Program-made: the position numbers and the translations under genes
Assembly (NCBI RefSeq): GCF_023055435.1
Contig: NW_025963790.1
Location: forward strand, 496,001 to 560,000
DNA length: 64,000 nucleotides
Direction: 5' to 3'
From: Haliotis rufescens
Lineage: Eukaryota
Shown here: one piece after another, positions 62,576 to 64,000 of the stretch
Layout: every line of letters starts with the position of its first letter
How positions within the stretch are numbered: position 1 is the stretch's first letter
Notes under the pieces: generated by a model
What the model saw: the letters and a program-made list of their open reading frames with translations, nothing else
What the model was told of the DNA's origin: nothing
Databases searched by the model: none

Positions 62576-64000
62576 ATATTAACATATGTTTTATTCCTCA
62601 ATACCTTCCAGGCAGCCTGAATTTTTTGTACCAATCTAGTTAAGACATCAGGTACCAACCCTATCCATGAAACAGCAAGTCAATCAAATGCACTCTCTTT
62701 TGGCAGAGTACTATGGCATGGTTTGAATTATTTTCCAAAACAATTTTCAAGGTTATGTGCAAATTCTTCAAAACTTTTTCAACTCAATTAAATGATATTT
62801 GATTTTCCCACGAATTTGCAAAGTAAAAACTATCAGACAATAAGCCCTGCACAAATTGAAACATTTTTTTTCTTGGGCTTACCCGATACATCCATCATTG
62901 TGAGCCACACTTAGACCACCAGAATAGTCAATGCATGTGATGTCATATGATCCATTTCTTTGATCCATTAACAAATATGATGACAGCAACAAAATGACAA
63001 TAGAATTCTTGTTGAGGTGATCTTTATTTATTTGTTAAATGACAAGTCAGAACCTGGGCTGAGTGGCTGAGGAGTCATTTCAGTCTTCAAATGAAGAGTC
63101 AGAAGAGCTTAATCATAGGATGGTCTGCACCTGTATATGTTGTTTATTTAAGAATGTGATACTTTGTTGACATAACAAATAAATTGTTGCCTTCCCCCCA
63201 ATAATATATTGATGTCTGATGTCAGATACCGCACACTAATACACCAACCTCGACTCCATCACACCTCTCCTATTAGTATAAACGTGTTGTGATGAAATCA
63301 ACGGTAATTATTCAGTTATATATATTCAGAATATATATATATTCAAAAGCAGAAAAAAATACCATTCTGCTGTATCTCACTACCTAGTGATTTAAGTGAG
63401 TATGTTGGCTTAGATTTTAAAACCTGATGTGAAAAATATATAAATAAATGAAAAATATATTGCCAAATAAAATAAATAGTTCCAATGTTGGAAGCACGAA
63501 TGTTGAATATGAATTATGAATTGACCTCCCAATAGAAGTGTCAAAACTTTGGGGTATTTATTCTAATTAAAATTGTGATTATTATTTTTATAAATATACT
63601 TGCATTAGTATTTTCCATATCAATATGCATGGATGTTTATATATCTTCTAACATTTAAAAAGATAGAAACATTGTGAAAATTAACAAAATGCAATATATT
63701 GAGAATACCAGACGAAGTTGAAACAGCTCTGTAAATATTTATTGAAATACATTATTCACAATCGGACATGATTTCATGACCATTTCGTATCCTATCTCAT
63801 CCAATACGTACATTAAGTTTTAACCTTAACTTCCAGCGGTAGTTAATAATTCCTAAATCGATGTTCGGTGTCTTTCACTGTTGTCGGCAACGTCGCGAGT
63901 TTAGTTTTCGATCACCAAACAGTGGCCGTGGGATTGTGTTTGCTCTTATTGAAGAGGGATTGATGATGACATAGCAGCTTATTTATTTGTGTGAAATAAT

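Noticed and set aside
63020-63130. Possible minus-strand terminal exon with AATAAA
   Set aside because: Weak polypyrimidine tract and only a few codons; unsupported without sequence beyond the window.

Overview
AT-rich, repeat-dense animal DNA, most likely from a gastropod mollusc. The SINE families and the gene suggest abalone (Haliotis); this is inference, not a database result. I reconstructed one intact spliced gene by hand on the + strand: TATA box at 31154, a non-coding first exon, and 9 coding exons from 31691 to 39909, all introns GT-AG with compatible phases, giving 585 aa. It encodes a secreted Pif/BMSP-like protein: signal peptide - VWA - TSP1 - chitin-binding (CBM14) - degenerate second chitin-binding domain - laminin-G-like domain, with no Pif80-type acidic tail. 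Upstream (about 18.4-23.6 kb) lie scrambled, partly inverted exon relics of at least one diverged paralog with the same unusual TSP1-containing architecture; the ORF track does not show them. The rest is transposon material: a ~3.9 kb segmental duplication, Tc1 DD34E elements, an IS630/Tc1-like element nested in a Gypsy gag-protease relic, an R4/Dong-like element inserted into the (TAA)n tail of an L2/CR1 LINE, Penelope-like and Tx1/L1 relics, four SINE families, and several micro- and minisatellites, one built from a SINE tail. There are no prokaryotic features and no CRISPR array.
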